Source of the DNA: a virus
Strand: one strand, 5' to 3'
DNA length: 64,000 nucleotides
Virus record (IMG/VR): IMGVR_UViG_3300050343_000218
The notes beneath the pieces were generated by a model. The model was given only the letters and a program-made list of their open reading frames with translations, was not told the origin of the DNA and did no database searches. The position numbers were made by a program, and so were the translations under genes. Shown piece after piece: positions 33,984 through 44,212 of this stretch (within the stretch, counting starts at the first letter, position 1; every line of letters starts with the position of its first letter).

Positions 33984-36900
33984 CCAATAACAGAGTTGAT
34001 ATAAAGCAGACCGAAACCTGCGCCAGGTGTCTGAATAATTAATTCTCCACCAGCATCTCCTTGAATAGGATTGCTGCTGCCAGATCCTGTAGTAATCTTA
34101 ATTTGCTTATTGTAAGTCAAAGCATCAGTAACATCCAAGAAACGAATCTGATCACCTTTTTGAGGTGATGTAGGAAGTGTAACCACAACTTGCGTTCCAG
34201 TAAATGTAGTAACATAGTAATTAACGTTACTGACTACCGTGATGTCCGAATCAATTTCTTCCCACTTACGACCAGCAGTAGGTGTAAAGTAACCAGTAAC
34301 TTGATTTATGTCAATACTACCATCAGTATTAACTTTAAAGTTATTAGAGCCACCACTATTTACATCTAGTTGTCCGCCCTCAAGTTCAATATTGCCAGTG
34401 ACAATTTGATTTCCACCGACATTTAAGTCACCGAAGATACCAGCACCACCATCAACAATCAGAGCTCCAGAAGTAGAATTTGATGACGCTGCATTACTAT
34501 GAACTCTAAGTGTACCAGTATTATCACTGTCGTTACCAACAGCGGTATTACCAGTTGCAGAATCAATATAGAATGTTGTGTCTGTGGAAATATCTGCTTT
34601 CTTGACAGTAAAGTCATCTCCCAGAGTTAGGGATCCAGTAGAACCAATTCTAGAATTAGGAACACTAGCAGTACCATCACCAACAAAGTCAACCTGACCA
34701 GTAGGTGTTACCTTCAGTCGAAGATCACCGTCATCAAAGATAGTGAAGACTTCAGTAGCACTGATCTCAATTTTAGTAGAACCATTGACCCATAGTTTCT
34801 CCGTGGCGCTAGGAGTTGCTTCACCGATAGACACATTGCTATTGGCATCCATCTGGATACCACCGCTAGCATTACCGATACGAGCAGAACCATCTGCCTT
34901 AACAACTAGCTTCGCAGTAGAAGCATCGTCAAAATGATCATTGCCCCAAACTGCATCGCCAACAACAATGTTTTGACCAGCATATGTCACATAGTTTAGT
35001 GAATCATCTGCTTGTCTCTGATCAATGTCACTCTTAAGAGTAGAACCAGAGTCAATCTGGTACATCTTATTAAGACCGCCTCTTACATAGAGTGCCTTAG
35101 TGACTGTCAGATCACCAACCATCTCGTGTTGACCACCACTGAGGGCAGTGAATGTGCCATCGATAGTTAAGCTACCACTAGATTGACCACCACCGACTGC
35201 CTCGCTCTCTCCACTGCCTACAGCACCAGCTCGGGCAATGATATCACCACCAACCCAAAGACCGATGGATCCAACAACTTCAGCTGTATCACCCGTGTTG
35301 ATAGAGACACGACCCACGCCGTTGCCATCATCATCGAAAGCACGGAAGGTGTGGATACCAGTTGGGTTAAGGTTATCGCCACCAGCCCATAGAGAGTTGC
35401 GGAAGATACCAGAACCCTCAACGTCCAGAGTCTGCAGAGGAATCACGCTACCGTTGGTAACGCGAGTATTCTTCAGGTTGACCCCCAGACGCATATCGTT
35501 GCCTGTAGCAATCGAAGTAGAACCAGTGCCAGTGGTGTACGTGGTTAGTGCGTCCGCACCAATAACACCCCACTCTCTCCATCCATAGGAGGGAGTCTCA
35601 CCTTGCTGGAATCCATCAGTCTGACACCAGATCCAACCCACCGTGGTGTTATAGTTGACATTAGCAATTCTATGTGCTTCACCAACAGTTTCAGTACCAC
35701 GCAGTTCAATTGTACCCTCTTGCTTAAAGCTTTCGGATGCAGGAACTGTCTTGTCTTTCGATGTCTTGATCGAATAATTAAGACCAGAGGAAATGTTTCT
35801 GGGGTTAAGTTCCCAAACAGCGAACTGAATAGTGTTTGGTTTAAATGGAGGGTTGAAGACCATATCAGTCTCAACCAGTGCAGGGTCAACACCAGCAATA
35901 CCAGTGTTAGCAACTGACTTAATTGTCAGAGAACCAGGGTCATCGGAGCTGTCAGCAAACTGATCACCAACCTCAATCGTAACAGGGGTAGAGAAGAATG
36001 TACCACCAGGTGCAGAGATCTGGAAGTCATTGATCAAGTCAAACTTAACTTTGTTGTTGACAGTTAGAGTGTCAACTGTGACATCGTTAGTGTTGGACTC
36101 TTCATCTTGGTTCTCACCAGCGACTCGCAGCACGGAGTCATCAATCTTAGTCTCTTCACCAGAGATAGCGTTGATACGCTGGTTACCCACGAACAGGTCA
36201 CCGTTAGCGTTCAGACCAGAGTAGAAGACCACACCGCCGTCTTGACGCTTCGCCTGAGAGAACAGGACTTCATCGTCAGAGAGCACATACTCCTGTCTAG
36301 AGGGGAATGCAGTGGAGTAGTTACCAGGACCGAAACCAGTGTATTCAAAAGTATGGTTGCCAGAACGTGCCTGTGAAGGACGACGCAGCTCCATATAGAT
36401 TCGTCTATCAGCAACAGCACTACTAGTACCCTCAACACCGATTAGACGATCTTCGCGAGAAGCAACCGCCTTACCATCCATTGCACTGAGAGTAACAGTC
36501 GTATTTCTCTCTACGTTGAGAAGGAGAGATTCAACTGCTTCTTTTGTGACACTGTTCTTGTTATCATCAGCAACCACGAGACCGTGGACATAGTTATCAG
36601 CAACAGAATTACTGGCAGGAGCATCTTTAATCTGCGATCCATCACCATCAGGGTCAAACCACAGAGGATCGTCAGCAAATAGCTCAGGATACAGTCTTTC
36701 GGTAGGATGTCCGAACTTGAATGTATTAAACTCAGAAACTGAAGGCGAGAAGTCACCACGTAAACAAGTCAGGTAGTAAATACCATCCTGTTGGTTATAG
36801 ATTCTGCGGCGCAGAGTCTTAACGCGATACACATAGTAAGTGTTTTCAACTTCCTCAACATCAGTAACACTGACAATCTTATAATCTTTCTGGTTACCGT

Positions 36901-39900
36901 CAGCTTCATCACGAACAAAGTCTCCAGGAGTCAGCGTGTAAGCAGGGGCATTACGGATAACATACTGTTTGCCGAGATCAGATTCGTAATCTTTAAAGTC
37001 GTCACGACCACCATTGGGTTTCTCAGCGAGAATACCAGTTGCAGAACCACTAGCAAAAATAGTAGTGGTACTATCATTATACTTCAGAGTAGGCAGTAGA
37101 GGGAAATCACTACGAAGGACTAAACGAGTAGTACCACCCTCAATATAAACTTTATGAACGACAGGCAAGTTGCCACTAATCTCACTGCTATCAGAGAAAC
37201 CAGACCAAGCAACTGCAAGTCCTAGCGTGAAAGTACCTGTAACACTGGAGAGTTTAACCTCAGTTAAAATTGTACCTGATGCTAAAGCTGTACCAGCAGC
37301 AATATTAGTATTAATTGTGTGATCGAAGACCGTCAATTCAATGCGATCGGTACCACTAATATTCTTTAGTCTGGCAGATTCGATGGTAAATTTGATACCA
37401 CAATCAGACACCAAAGACTTGCTGTTGCCAGTCAGATAGGGATCGTAATTATAATCTGCTTCAATTGCGAGGTTGTCTCCACTAGCAGGATCAACAGTCG
37501 GAGAATCACCAAAGAAGACGGGAATATCAGTAGTTGCATCAACAGCTTCCAGAACAATCTTCTGAGGTCTTAGTCTTCTATTCTCGTCAGTTCTGACCTT
37601 AAGGACATAACCGAGCAAGGGTTCTCTAACGTTGTCAATTTCCTTTGGTACAACGTATCTGAGTCTATAGATACGGTCATCTTCCCTACGGCGATCGTTG
37701 ACACGCTTGATATAGGTGTTGGAAGTTGTGATGACTTCTTCATTAACATACTCCGCAAGAGTGGAAACACGTTGATAGATTTGGTTTGGTTGCTGAGCTG
37801 TGTTTAGTACATTCAGATACCACAGACCATTACGACCAGGAGATGCAGTCATCTCAGGGTCATATTTTAGAGGATGCCTAGTATTACAGGAGAAGATAAA
37901 GACTTCATCTTGATTGGTAACACCAACAGTACCACTAGATGTAAATGAATATGGAACACCACCACCTTGAATAGCAAGTGCTGATGACAATGCAACCTTT
38001 AACTTATTAGTATTACCAGCAGTATTATCGTAAATGGCATAATACATCTTGTTCGCATCAATACCACCAGGCAGTTGCGAACCAGGCTTAGCACGGAAGA
38101 AAACAGGAGTTGCTGCTTTAGTAGCAAAACCTTTATCAAAAACGTGAGAAGATTCTAAAGTAAATTCATTAGTAGCAGGGTCAGCATTGACGACCTTGTA
38201 CTTAAATGGAGTTGGGTTGACATCAAAGATGTACTGCTGCATCGAGATCTGAACGCCAGCGTTCAATGCCTCGGGGATATTAATTGCGTTACCCGCAGCT
38301 GCATCATCCTCAGATGCTGCCAGAAGGAATGTGTTGAGGTCTTCTGTAGGGAAAGTCTGATCGGGCGGTACAGGCGCTGTATGGCGACCAGGAGCAATTA
38401 CATAATAAACAGTGTTTGCTTCCAGACCTTTAGGTAGTCTGACTAGTTCGTTGCCAATATTAGGATTGACCCGTGTTGGAACTAAACGAACAGGTGTGCC
38501 TGTATACAGACCGTGTGCTTCAGGGCAGGAGAAGATCGTAGCACGATATACAATAGTCTCACCCAGAGCATTCTGCACTGACTGAGTAGCAGTTGCCAGA
38601 CTGCTCACCGTAAAGGTGTCGAAACCAGATGGAGTAAGTTGTGCTGACCTTTCCTGAGGACCAGATTCACCAGCAGAAATATCAGGATCTAGCTTAGCAT
38701 AAATTCTATCTTCACGCTTAGAACCAACTTTATAATCCTGCAGAATGTAAGTTGGTGTGCTATCAGGATCAGCAATTTCCTCAGGTTCGCCTGAAAGGTA
38801 AACACGAGTAGAACCAGCTGGTTCCTTAGAACCAAGAATATCAATACCGTAGTATGGAGGTTGGGTAGTATCGTCTAGATCAATTGTTTGTGGAGGAACA
38901 ATATCAGTAACGAAACCGTGCTTGTCTTGGAAGAAAGCAAATCCCTTAAATCCGATAGCATCCAGAGCGGTGTTACCGAAGTTAGAGTTAGAGTTGGTGA
39001 TTGAAATGTCAGCACCAGACTCAATCAGGAAGTGATCTGCAAAACCCACCGCGAAGATGGACACAGCCTGAATGAACGCATCATTCGACAATCTAACGTG
39101 AGCGTTTCTCCACTCATTCTTAAAGTATGCTCTACCATCTGTGTGATAAGGAGTGGTAGCAAACGAACCAGTTGCCAGTTCTTCAGGGTCAGTAACAGCA
39201 ACACCGTTCCAAGCAGATTCAAACTGCGCAGTTTCTTCGTTGAACTTAGTAAACGCACGATCGTCTTTCTGCAACGAAACGCCCGTGTACTGAGCACACA
39301 CCATCGACTTGAATCCAGTAACCTTGGATCCATCAGCGTGCATACCTGCCAGACCCCAAGTAGAACGGATCGACAGGTTAAAGATATAAGGAGATGCAGA
39401 GTCAACAGTATCAATCTCTGCCTGAACAACAGCGTTCTCATTCAGTCTGTTAGGAGGAAGAGAAGCTGTCGTATATGTCTGACCAGAGATCAATGTCGGA
39501 ATTGACTGGTTGACACGATAGTAGAAAAGAGTGTTATCTGCGGGATCCAGACGTGTAATCAGGAATGAACCGTGCAGATCATTAGTTAGTCCAGTATCAT
39601 CGATGGTAACAAATTGAGCTACGAAATAACCGTGAGGTGCTTTCGTTTTAACTCTAATTTCAGTTGCATTACCACCCAATGCCTGTGGAGTGATCGACTC
39701 AATAACCTTTTTGTCAGAGAGTGGACCCACAATACGGTTTTCAAGATCCGTCTCTTGAATAGCACCGTCAACGTTAATATCGACGACCATATTTTCATAT
39801 GCGTCACCAATTTTGTCGTAGTAGAGTTGCAGATCTTCAGCATCTGCAAACTCAAAGTTTGTAATCTTGTGGTGAGAAAAAGTTGGGTCAGCTTTATTTC

Positions 39901-40447
39901 CAGAAGCATCAAAGTATACCTTCTGCTTACCATCAAAGATAGAGAATTGCCAGAAGTAACACCCACCAGTTACATTAAAAATAGATGTCTTTGGAACCGA
40001 CACATCTGTTGGGTTTGGCACATACAGAGGACGAATCTTTGTCTTCCTGAGGTCCATACCCACCAAGGAGGTACCTCTAGGAACAATAACACCACCAGTT
40101 GTTGAGTTAAACTTGTAGAGATCGTTTTGGGAGTTGCCTAAGTCAAAGTTCACATTAGATGTGAAATCTGCGATATCGTTAACAGAAAGAACACCAGGAC
40201 GGTTGTCAATATAGTGGTCTCCAGGAGACAACACGACTGTAAATTCGTCAAATCGATCGTTATCAGGACCCGATTTATACGAAAATCTAGCAACTTCGAG
40301 AAAAGCTCGCTGAATACTCTTAAATGGTCGAGTTGGGGAGTTGCCCCTGTTGTTCACATCATCCGACGCATTAAAGTCATCAGGAGAAACATAAACAAAA
40401 CGCCCAGTTTTACTGGAAATTAGATTCTCTAGTCTGGTAAGTGCCAT
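33962..40447 (-). CDS. large cyanophage virion structural/tail fibre protein
   Basis: 2161 aa; N-terminal LTRLEN..YVSPDDFNASD..NRGNSPTRPFKSIQRA; C-terminal VTLPTSPQKGDQIRFLD..GWRIIEL fibre-type domain. Confidence 0.8.
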   Translation of the reverse strand: MALTRLENLISSKTGRFVYVSPDDFNASDDVNNRGNSPTRPFKSIQRAFLEVARFSYKSGPDNDRFDEFTVVLSPGDHYIDNRPGVLSVNDIADFTSNVNFDLGNSQNDLYKFNSTTGGVIVPRGTSLVGMDLRKTKIRPLYVPNPTDVSVPKTSIFNVTGGCYFWQFSIFDGKQKVYFDASGNKADPTFSHHKITNFEFADAEDLQLYYDKIGDAYENMVVDINVDGAIQETDLENRIVGPLSDKKVIESITPQALGGNATEIRVKTKAPHGYFVAQFVTIDDTGLTNDLHGSFLITRLDPADNTLFYYRVNQSIPTLISGQTYTTASLPPNRLNENAVVQAEIDTVDSASPYIFNLSIRSTWGLAGMHADGSKVTGFKSMVCAQYTGVSLQKDDRAFTKFNEETAQFESAWNGVAVTDPEELATGSFATTPYHTDGRAYFKNEWRNAHVRLSNDAFIQAVSIFAVGFADHFLIESGADISITNSNSNFGNTALDAIGFKGFAFFQDKHGFVTDIVPPQTIDLDDTTQPPYYGIDILGSKEPAGSTRVYLSGEPEEIADPDSTPTYILQDYKVGSKREDRIYAKLDPDISAGESGPQERSAQLTPSGFDTFTVSSLATATQSVQNALGETIVYRATIFSCPEAHGLYTGTPVRLVPTRVNPNIGNELVRLPKGLEANTVYYVIAPGRHTAPVPPDQTFPTEDLNTFLLAASEDDAAAGNAINIPEALNAGVQISMQQYIFDVNPTPFKYKVVNADPATNEFTLESSHVFDKGFATKAATPVFFRAKPGSQLPGGIDANKMYYAIYDNTAGNTNKLKVALSSALAIQGGGVPYSFTSSGTVGVTNQDEVFIFSCNTRHPLKYDPEMTASPGRNGLWYLNVLNTAQQPNQIYQRVSTLAEYVNEEVITTSNTYIKRVNDRRREDDRIYRLRYVVPKEIDNVREPLLGYVLKVRTDENRRLRPQKIVLEAVDATTDIPVFFGDSPTVDPASGDNLAIEADYNYDPYLTGNSKSLVSDCGIKFTIESARLKNISGTDRIELTVFDHTINTNIAAGTALASGTILTEVKLSSVTGTFTLGLAVAWSGFSDSSEISGNLPVVHKVYIEGGTTRLVLRSDFPLLPTLKYNDSTTTIFASGSATGILAEKPNGGRDDFKDYESDLGKQYVIRNAPAYTLTPGDFVRDEADGNQKDYKIVSVTDVEEVENTYYVYRVKTLRRRIYNQQDGIYYLTCLRGDFSPSVSEFNTFKFGHPTERLYPELFADDPLWFDPDGDGSQIKDAPASNSVADNYVHGLVVADDNKNSVTKEAVESLLLNVERNTTVTLSAMDGKAVASREDRLIGVEGTSSAVADRRIYMELRRPSQARSGNHTFEYTGFGPGNYSTAFPSRQEYVLSDDEVLFSQAKRQDGGVVFYSGLNANGDLFVGNQRINAISGEETKIDDSVLRVAGENQDEESNTNDVTVDTLTVNNKVKFDLINDFQISAPGGTFFSTPVTIEVGDQFADSSDDPGSLTIKSVANTGIAGVDPALVETDMVFNPPFKPNTIQFAVWELNPRNISSGLNYSIKTSKDKTVPASESFKQEGTIELRGTETVGEAHRIANVNYNTTVGWIWCQTDGFQQGETPSYGWREWGVIGADALTTYTTGTGSTSIATGNDMRLGVNLKNTRVTNGSVIPLQTLDVEGSGIFRNSLWAGGDNLNPTGIHTFRAFDDDGNGVGRVSINTGDTAEVVGSIGLWVGGDIIARAGAVGSGESEAVGGGQSSGSLTIDGTFTALSGGQHEMVGDLTVTKALYVRGGLNKMYQIDSGSTLKSDIDQRQADDSLNYVTYAGQNIVVGDAVWGNDHFDDASTAKLVVKADGSARIGNASGGIQMDANSNVSIGEATPSATEKLWVNGSTKIEISATEVFTIFDDGDLRLKVTPTGQVDFVGDGTASVPNSRIGSTGSLTLGDDFTVKKADISTDTTFYIDSATGNTAVGNDSDNTGTLRVHSNAASSNSTSGALIVDGGAGIFGDLNVGGNQIVTGNIELEGGQLDVNSGGSNNFKVNTDGSIDINQVTGYFTPTAGRKWEEIDSDITVVSNVNYYVTTFTGTQVVVTLPTSPQKGDQIRFLDVTDALTYNKQIKITTGSGSSNPIQGDAGGELIIQTPGAGFGLLYINSVIGWRIIEL

Positions 40448-40483
40448 TACCTAAAAATTATTATGATGGTGGTCCTGTCTTGG

Positions 40484-40490
40484 TATTTAT
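40484..40490 (-). promoter_or_regulatory. T4-type late promoter
   Basis: ATAAATA upstream of 40447. Confidence 0.65.
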
Positions 40491-40744
40491 CAGACGAACA
40501 TTCCTTTGTCTGACATATATCGAAGTGTAGTCTTCATATCGCCAATGTGCGTCATACCAATTGCACATTGAGGATAAGTTGCTTCATTTCCAAATTCATT
40601 TCTGAATTGATAATCTTCAAAGTCTTTTCCTAGCTCATATCTATGAAAGTCTTCAACACCTTCAATTTTCTTCAAAAGTTGTGCCATACGATCACACTCT
40701 TGACTACTGTTAGAGTATATAACTGCGGTTTTAGTTAGTACCAT
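40490..40744 (-). CDS. glutaredoxin-fold protein lacking the first Cys of CxxC
   Basis: AVIYSNSSQECDRMAQLL ... ATYPQ..IG..HIG; ATG at 40744. Confidence 0.75.
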   Translation of the reverse strand: MVLTKTAVIYSNSSQECDRMAQLLKKIEGVEDFHRYELGKDFEDYQFRNEFGNEATYPQCAIGMTHIGDMKTTLRYMSDKGMFV

Positions 40745-41027
40745 ATTGACCCCAAAGTTTACGAACAGATTGAGTAATTGGCAAACCACCAATTCGTTTT
40801 TCCAGCAATAGTCCTGAGGGAGAAATAACTAGAAAAACAGGAGTAGCAGTTACGCCATATTTTTTAGCAAGAGCAAGATTTTCTTCTGGAATAGGAGTAT
40901 CACTGAAGTCTTCCAACTCTATTTGTTCAATCAGACTCTCTCTTTCATCGTGAAGAGCTTTGATGTATTTTTTAACTAAACCACAAGGACCACAGGAGTC
41001 CTTGGTAAACAGCAAAAATCGGTTCAT
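40731..41027 (-). CDS. thioredoxin-like protein
   Basis: CGPC active site; KYGVTATPVFL cis-Pro motif. Confidence 0.85.
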   Translation of the reverse strand: MNRFLLFTKDSCGPCGLVKKYIKALHDERESLIEQIELEDFSDTPIPEENLALAKKYGVTATPVFLVISPSGLLLEKRIGGLPITQSVRKLWGQYGTN

Positions 41028-41173
41028 TACTTCTCCTTGTGATCGTAGGTAATTACAATTTTCTGATGTTGGGTCTTTTTATCAGTGCAAATATAGTGAG
41101 TTGCTTCACCACCCAATATTTTGCATATGTTATCTAGTTGGATTTCGAGTGCGAATTTAGCAGCATCTTTCAT
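41027..41173 (-). CDS. 48-aa cyanophage hypothetical protein (not in ORF track)
   Basis: MKDAAKFALEIQLDNICKILGGEATHYICTDKKTQHQKIVITYDHKEK*; coupled to neighbours at both ends. Confidence 0.7.
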   Translation of the reverse strand: MKDAAKFALEIQLDNICKILGGEATHYICTDKKTQHQKIVITYDHKEK

Positions 41174-41412
41174 AAGTCAAGCTCAAGTTGCAGTTTGCGT
41201 TCTTCTTCTATTCTATTGTGCTCTGCCCACATTTCAGCAACCATATCTATTGGTGGGGGTGTCTGATAAGGTGGTGATGGTTGTGATTGCCACTTATCAA
41301 TCGTTTCCTGTGTAGGGACAGTAATTCGGAAGGGATAATCTTCCTCCTCAAACTCCTTATTCATATCAATATATGTTTGAGGAGTGATCTCAACTCTTTC
41401 CATTTTGTTCAT
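41170..41412 (-). CDS. hypothetical protein
   Basis: 80 aa in operon. Confidence 0.7.
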   Translation of the reverse strand: MNKMERVEITPQTYIDMNKEFEEEDYPFRITVPTQETIDKWQSQPSPPYQTPPPIDMVAEMWAEHNRIEEERKLQLELDL

Positions 41413-41617
41413 ACCAAGGGTGTTGATACAGCTTCAGAATTGAATCTTCTCCGTTTTCATAATGTTTGACCAATCTGTCAACTTGCTTTCGGTCAGCTCC
41501 ACAAGGAGCGTTCTTCAAACACATAATAATTAAATCTGTATCACTGATAGCGGGTTTAATCGTAAACCCCCACTTATCAACTTCACCTTCAATAGGTGCT
41601 TCTGGACTATCGAACAT
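41390..41617 (-). CDS. hypothetical protein
   Basis: 75 aa; VDKWGFTIKP..CLKNAPCG pattern. Confidence 0.7.
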   Translation of the reverse strand: MFDSPEAPIEGEVDKWGFTIKPAISDTDLIIMCLKNAPCGADRKQVDRLVKHYENGEDSILKLYQHPWYEQNGKS

Positions 41618-41624
41618 CGTTTTT

Positions 41625-41840
41625 CTACGACAATAATTTGGACAATGAAATAACTAAGAGGAATGTAACCATAATAACGATGTCCCAAGATTTTGTCATT
41701 ACAAAGTAAGGGAGTGTAGCACAGTCACCCAAGAAATTGAGTGCGACACCGAACGTTGTATTGATATGGAGGATAGTAAAATAAGCAATGATCACGAGAC
41801 CACTGCCCAATACTCTCATAGGGACAATCACATTTGTCAT
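41625..41840 (-). CDS. small membrane protein
   Basis: 71 aa with three hydrophobic segments. Confidence 0.75.
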   Translation of the reverse strand: MTNVIVPMRVLGSGLVIIAYFTILHINTTFGVALNFLGDCATLPYFVMTKSWDIVIMVTFLLVISLSKLLS

Positions 41841-42151
41841 AATGTTCTTTCTAATCTGTTTGTAGCTTGATCTGGAAAGTCTCTTGGTCTACTATCAGTG
41901 GCATTATCAGTTTTAGGAGAACCTTCGTTCGCCTTCATTGTATGCTGATAGTTTGGTCTCGGATATCTCATATAGAATGGATCAGGCATCCAATAGGTAA
42001 CTTGCCATTCTTGTTCGGGACACAGCTCAAGATGTTTATCTACACTATGGCAGAAACTACCGAGTTGAATGTATCCATCGTGAGTGATGCATTTGTTGTC
42101 GCCATTAGCAACTAAGAACATCATCTTACTACTCAATCTCGCTGCCTCCAA
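41837..42151 (-). CDS. hypothetical protein
   Basis: 104 aa; WQVTYWMPDPFYMRYPRPNYQHTMK. Confidence 0.7.
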   Translation of the reverse strand: MEAARLSSKMMFLVANGDNKCITHDGYIQLGSFCHSVDKHLELCPEQEWQVTYWMPDPFYMRYPRPNYQHTMKANEGSPKTDNATDSRPRDFPDQATNRLERTL

Positions 42152-42447
42152 TCATCAGGTTTGTCTCGTTGAAACCAATCTTTAATGTCATCAGCACTGT
42201 TGAACCCCGTTTTATGATTGGATGGATCGGGGTCTCCTAAACCCATCCTATTCAGAAAATCGTCGGTACTACCTTCTTCAATGTCTTGTGCTGCTTGGCG
42301 TCGTGCTTGCTTTAACCAATCCCTAGCAAGTGTGTGAGATTTAGCAAGCTTTTCTGCCCAGATCATATCGTCTAATTGTACTTCCTCCTTGTTTGCGATC
42401 TTTTTACAAATACCTTCTAGTCGAAGGCGATAGGCGGTAGAAAGCAT
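42133..42447 (-). CDS. conserved cyanophage/cyanobacterial hypothetical protein
   Basis: MLSTAYRLRLEGIC..DMIWAEKL..MGLGDPDPSNH..DDWRQRD. Confidence 0.85.
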   Translation of the reverse strand: MLSTAYRLRLEGICKKIANKEEVQLDDMIWAEKLAKSHTLARDWLKQARRQAAQDIEEGSTDDFLNRMGLGDPDPSNHKTGFNSADDIKDWFQRDKPDDWRQRD

Positions 42448-42452
42448 AAGAT

Positions 42453-42653
42453 TTAGTCTCTAAAATCTAGTTTTAGCTCAAGATCCTCTAATTTGAGGTA
42501 TTCGGCGTGTGCAGTCTCTTGACGCTCACACACAATATTTAGAATATCAGTCATTATTGTGTCATTGTCAACATAGTCATCGATATACTTGTATATCGCT
42601 TCTTTCAAGTACCGATATCGATGCCATTCTGGCGAATAAGGTTTGTAAGACAT
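42453..42653 (-). CDS. hypothetical protein
   Basis: 66 aa; YKPYSPEWHR motif. Confidence 0.75.
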   Translation of the reverse strand: MSYKPYSPEWHRYRYLKEAIYKYIDDYVDNDTIMTDILNIVCERQETAHAEYLKLEDLELKLDFRD

Positions 42654-42668
42654 AATTAAAATAATAAA

Positions 42669-42740
42669 CTCCTGAGGCAGGATTTGAACCTGCGACCAAA
42701 CGATTAACAGTCGTCCGCTCTGCCACTGAGCTACTCAGGA
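42669..42740 (-). tRNA. trnN-GUU: tRNA-Asn (GTT)
   Basis: Acceptor TCCTGAG/CTCAGGA, anticodon loop CTGTTAA, T-arm GCAGG-TTCAAAT-CCTGC; no encoded CCA. Confidence 0.95.
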
Positions 42741-42764
42741 TTGAGAAGGGGGCAGTGCCCCCAT

Positions 42765-42773
42765 ATTATATCA
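42765..42773 (-). promoter_or_regulatory. extended -10 promoter for tRNA-Asn
   Basis: TGA-TATAAT, where TGA is the stop of 42771..43946; followed by hairpin GGGGGC-ACT-GCCCCC. Confidence 0.55.
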
Positions 42774-43946
42774 GAAGAACCTTTGTTCTGCAATGTTTTG
42801 CAGTTGAGGGCGAATCAGTGAATTAGCAGACGAAATGAACTTAACCCAACAGCTGTTGTCAGACCCGTTGAACGGAATTGCCGTCTGTTGATTCCCAGGA
42901 AATTCAAGACCTGTAGAATCTACATATGCATTATAAAGACAGACGAAACGTGCAACAGCAGGTTCCCACTTCTTATAATCAGTAGTTGCTCCAGTAATAT
43001 CCTCTTGAGTAACGTTACGTGCTTTCTTACCGTAAATAGGACGAGACTTATCACCCCAGTCACAGAAATAGTAACGTAGGCAACCTGCAAAAGAGTCGCA
43101 GCTGTTCAATTCATCAACTTTGTTGATGTACTTAGAGAAATACTTTAGGAACATTGCACCAGCAAGAGTACAACTACCACCAATTTCTTTAGAACAATCG
43201 TTCTCAGTAAACGCCTTTAAATAGCGTTCCGTTTGTCCTTGAGCGTCCTTTACCGCATTAGCGATATAGGTGTGACGAGGAGCGTGGAACGCAGCGTCAG
43301 GAAGTGTTCCAGCGATACCGATGTTAAACTTGGCGCAGAACTCATATAGAGCAACTGCTTTCGGGTCGCGAGCATAAAATGCGGACTTAAATCGGTGATC
43401 ACCAGTTTGATTGGTGCGATAGTTCGCATCAACATTGTGATCATTAGATTCGACGCGAATCATCTCTTCCACAGAGAGATCACGTGAATGGAATTTTAGT
43501 GAAATCGCAATACGGGCATCGAGATCTTGAGTAACTCCGTAGAGCATAGAAACACGATTGTTTCCTTTAGTTACAGATACAAACTTCTGTCCAGGGCGAT
43601 AAAACCCAGAAAGAGTATCAGCTGAACCATAAGAAAACCCGCCACGATTAGCGAGATGGACACGATGATTTCCGTACTTCAATTCGAGAATACGGTTGTA
43701 ATAAGGCGAACTCATAAGATCGCCAATTCGTGCTAATACAATAACAATATCGTTGTCGAAATAATTGTTTCCGCTTTCATAATCGCGGATAACATCCTCC
43801 ATTAGGGGGAGGTTTTCAGGACAACGGTCAAGTACAGTGAAATTGGAAAAATAATCCCTATCTGTACCTTTTACCTTTTGGTCGAACACATCAACGATGC
43901 GTACCAATTCATCCATACGGATGATTTCGGACATTGTAATAGACAT
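42771..43946 (-). CDS. ParB/Srx-like (DUF6551-like) hypothetical protein
   Basis: 391 aa; VTKGNNRVSM in place of DGxHR, then E....N....R.....F.A...A.D..A pattern; tentative. Confidence 0.5.
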   Translation of the reverse strand: MSITMSEIIRMDELVRIVDVFDQKVKGTDRDYFSNFTVLDRCPENLPLMEDVIRDYESGNNYFDNDIVIVLARIGDLMSSPYYNRILELKYGNHRVHLANRGGFSYGSADTLSGFYRPGQKFVSVTKGNNRVSMLYGVTQDLDARIAISLKFHSRDLSVEEMIRVESNDHNVDANYRTNQTGDHRFKSAFYARDPKAVALYEFCAKFNIGIAGTLPDAAFHAPRHTYIANAVKDAQGQTERYLKAFTENDCSKEIGGSCTLAGAMFLKYFSKYINKVDELNSCDSFAGCLRYYFCDWGDKSRPIYGKKARNVTQEDITGATTDYKKWEPAVARFVCLYNAYVDSTGLEFPGNQQTAIPFNGSDNSCWVKFISSANSLIRPQLQNIAEQRFF

Positions 43947-44047
43947 TTAATTTTACTCTTAGTGACGGATTCCCGTCGTGAATAGGGCTAGACAATCTAG
44001 AAGTTGAGAGTCTAGGAGCAGTTTAGAGTCATACTCGGGACTTTTAA

Positions 44048-44212
44048 TTAATGAGAGTACTCTTGCAAGTGCTTCAATACTTCACTCAAAGCGTGATGTG
44101 CGCCATCGTGCCATTGACCTGTTTTATCTTGATGTTTACCATCATACAGCTCTGTCTTGAGTTTGTAAACCTTTGCCTCAAGATCAATTTTAGACAATCT
44201 AGTACGTGGCAT
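44048..44212 (-). CDS. 54-aa cyanophage hypothetical protein (not in ORF track)
   Basis: MPRTRLSKIDLEAKVYKLKTELYDGKHQDKTGQWHDGAHHALSEVLKHLQEYSH*; TGATG coupling. Confidence 0.75.
   Translation of the reverse strand: MPRTRLSKIDLEAKVYKLKTELYDGKHQDKTGQWHDGAHHALSEVLKHLQEYSH

Noticed and set aside
8661-40447. Diversity-generating retroelement or invertase-driven fibre switching
   Set aside because: No reverse transcriptase or recombinase, and no near-identical TR/VR or inverted repeat pair seen; the fibre paralogues are diverged at DNA level
42771-43946. Homing endonuclease targeting tRNA-Asn
   Set aside because: No HNH, GIY-YIG or LAGLIDADG motif recognisable
43989-44202. 12-bp direct repeat TAGACAATCTAG, twice
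   Set aside because: One copy is coding; a single 12-mer match of this kind is expected somewhere in 64 kb
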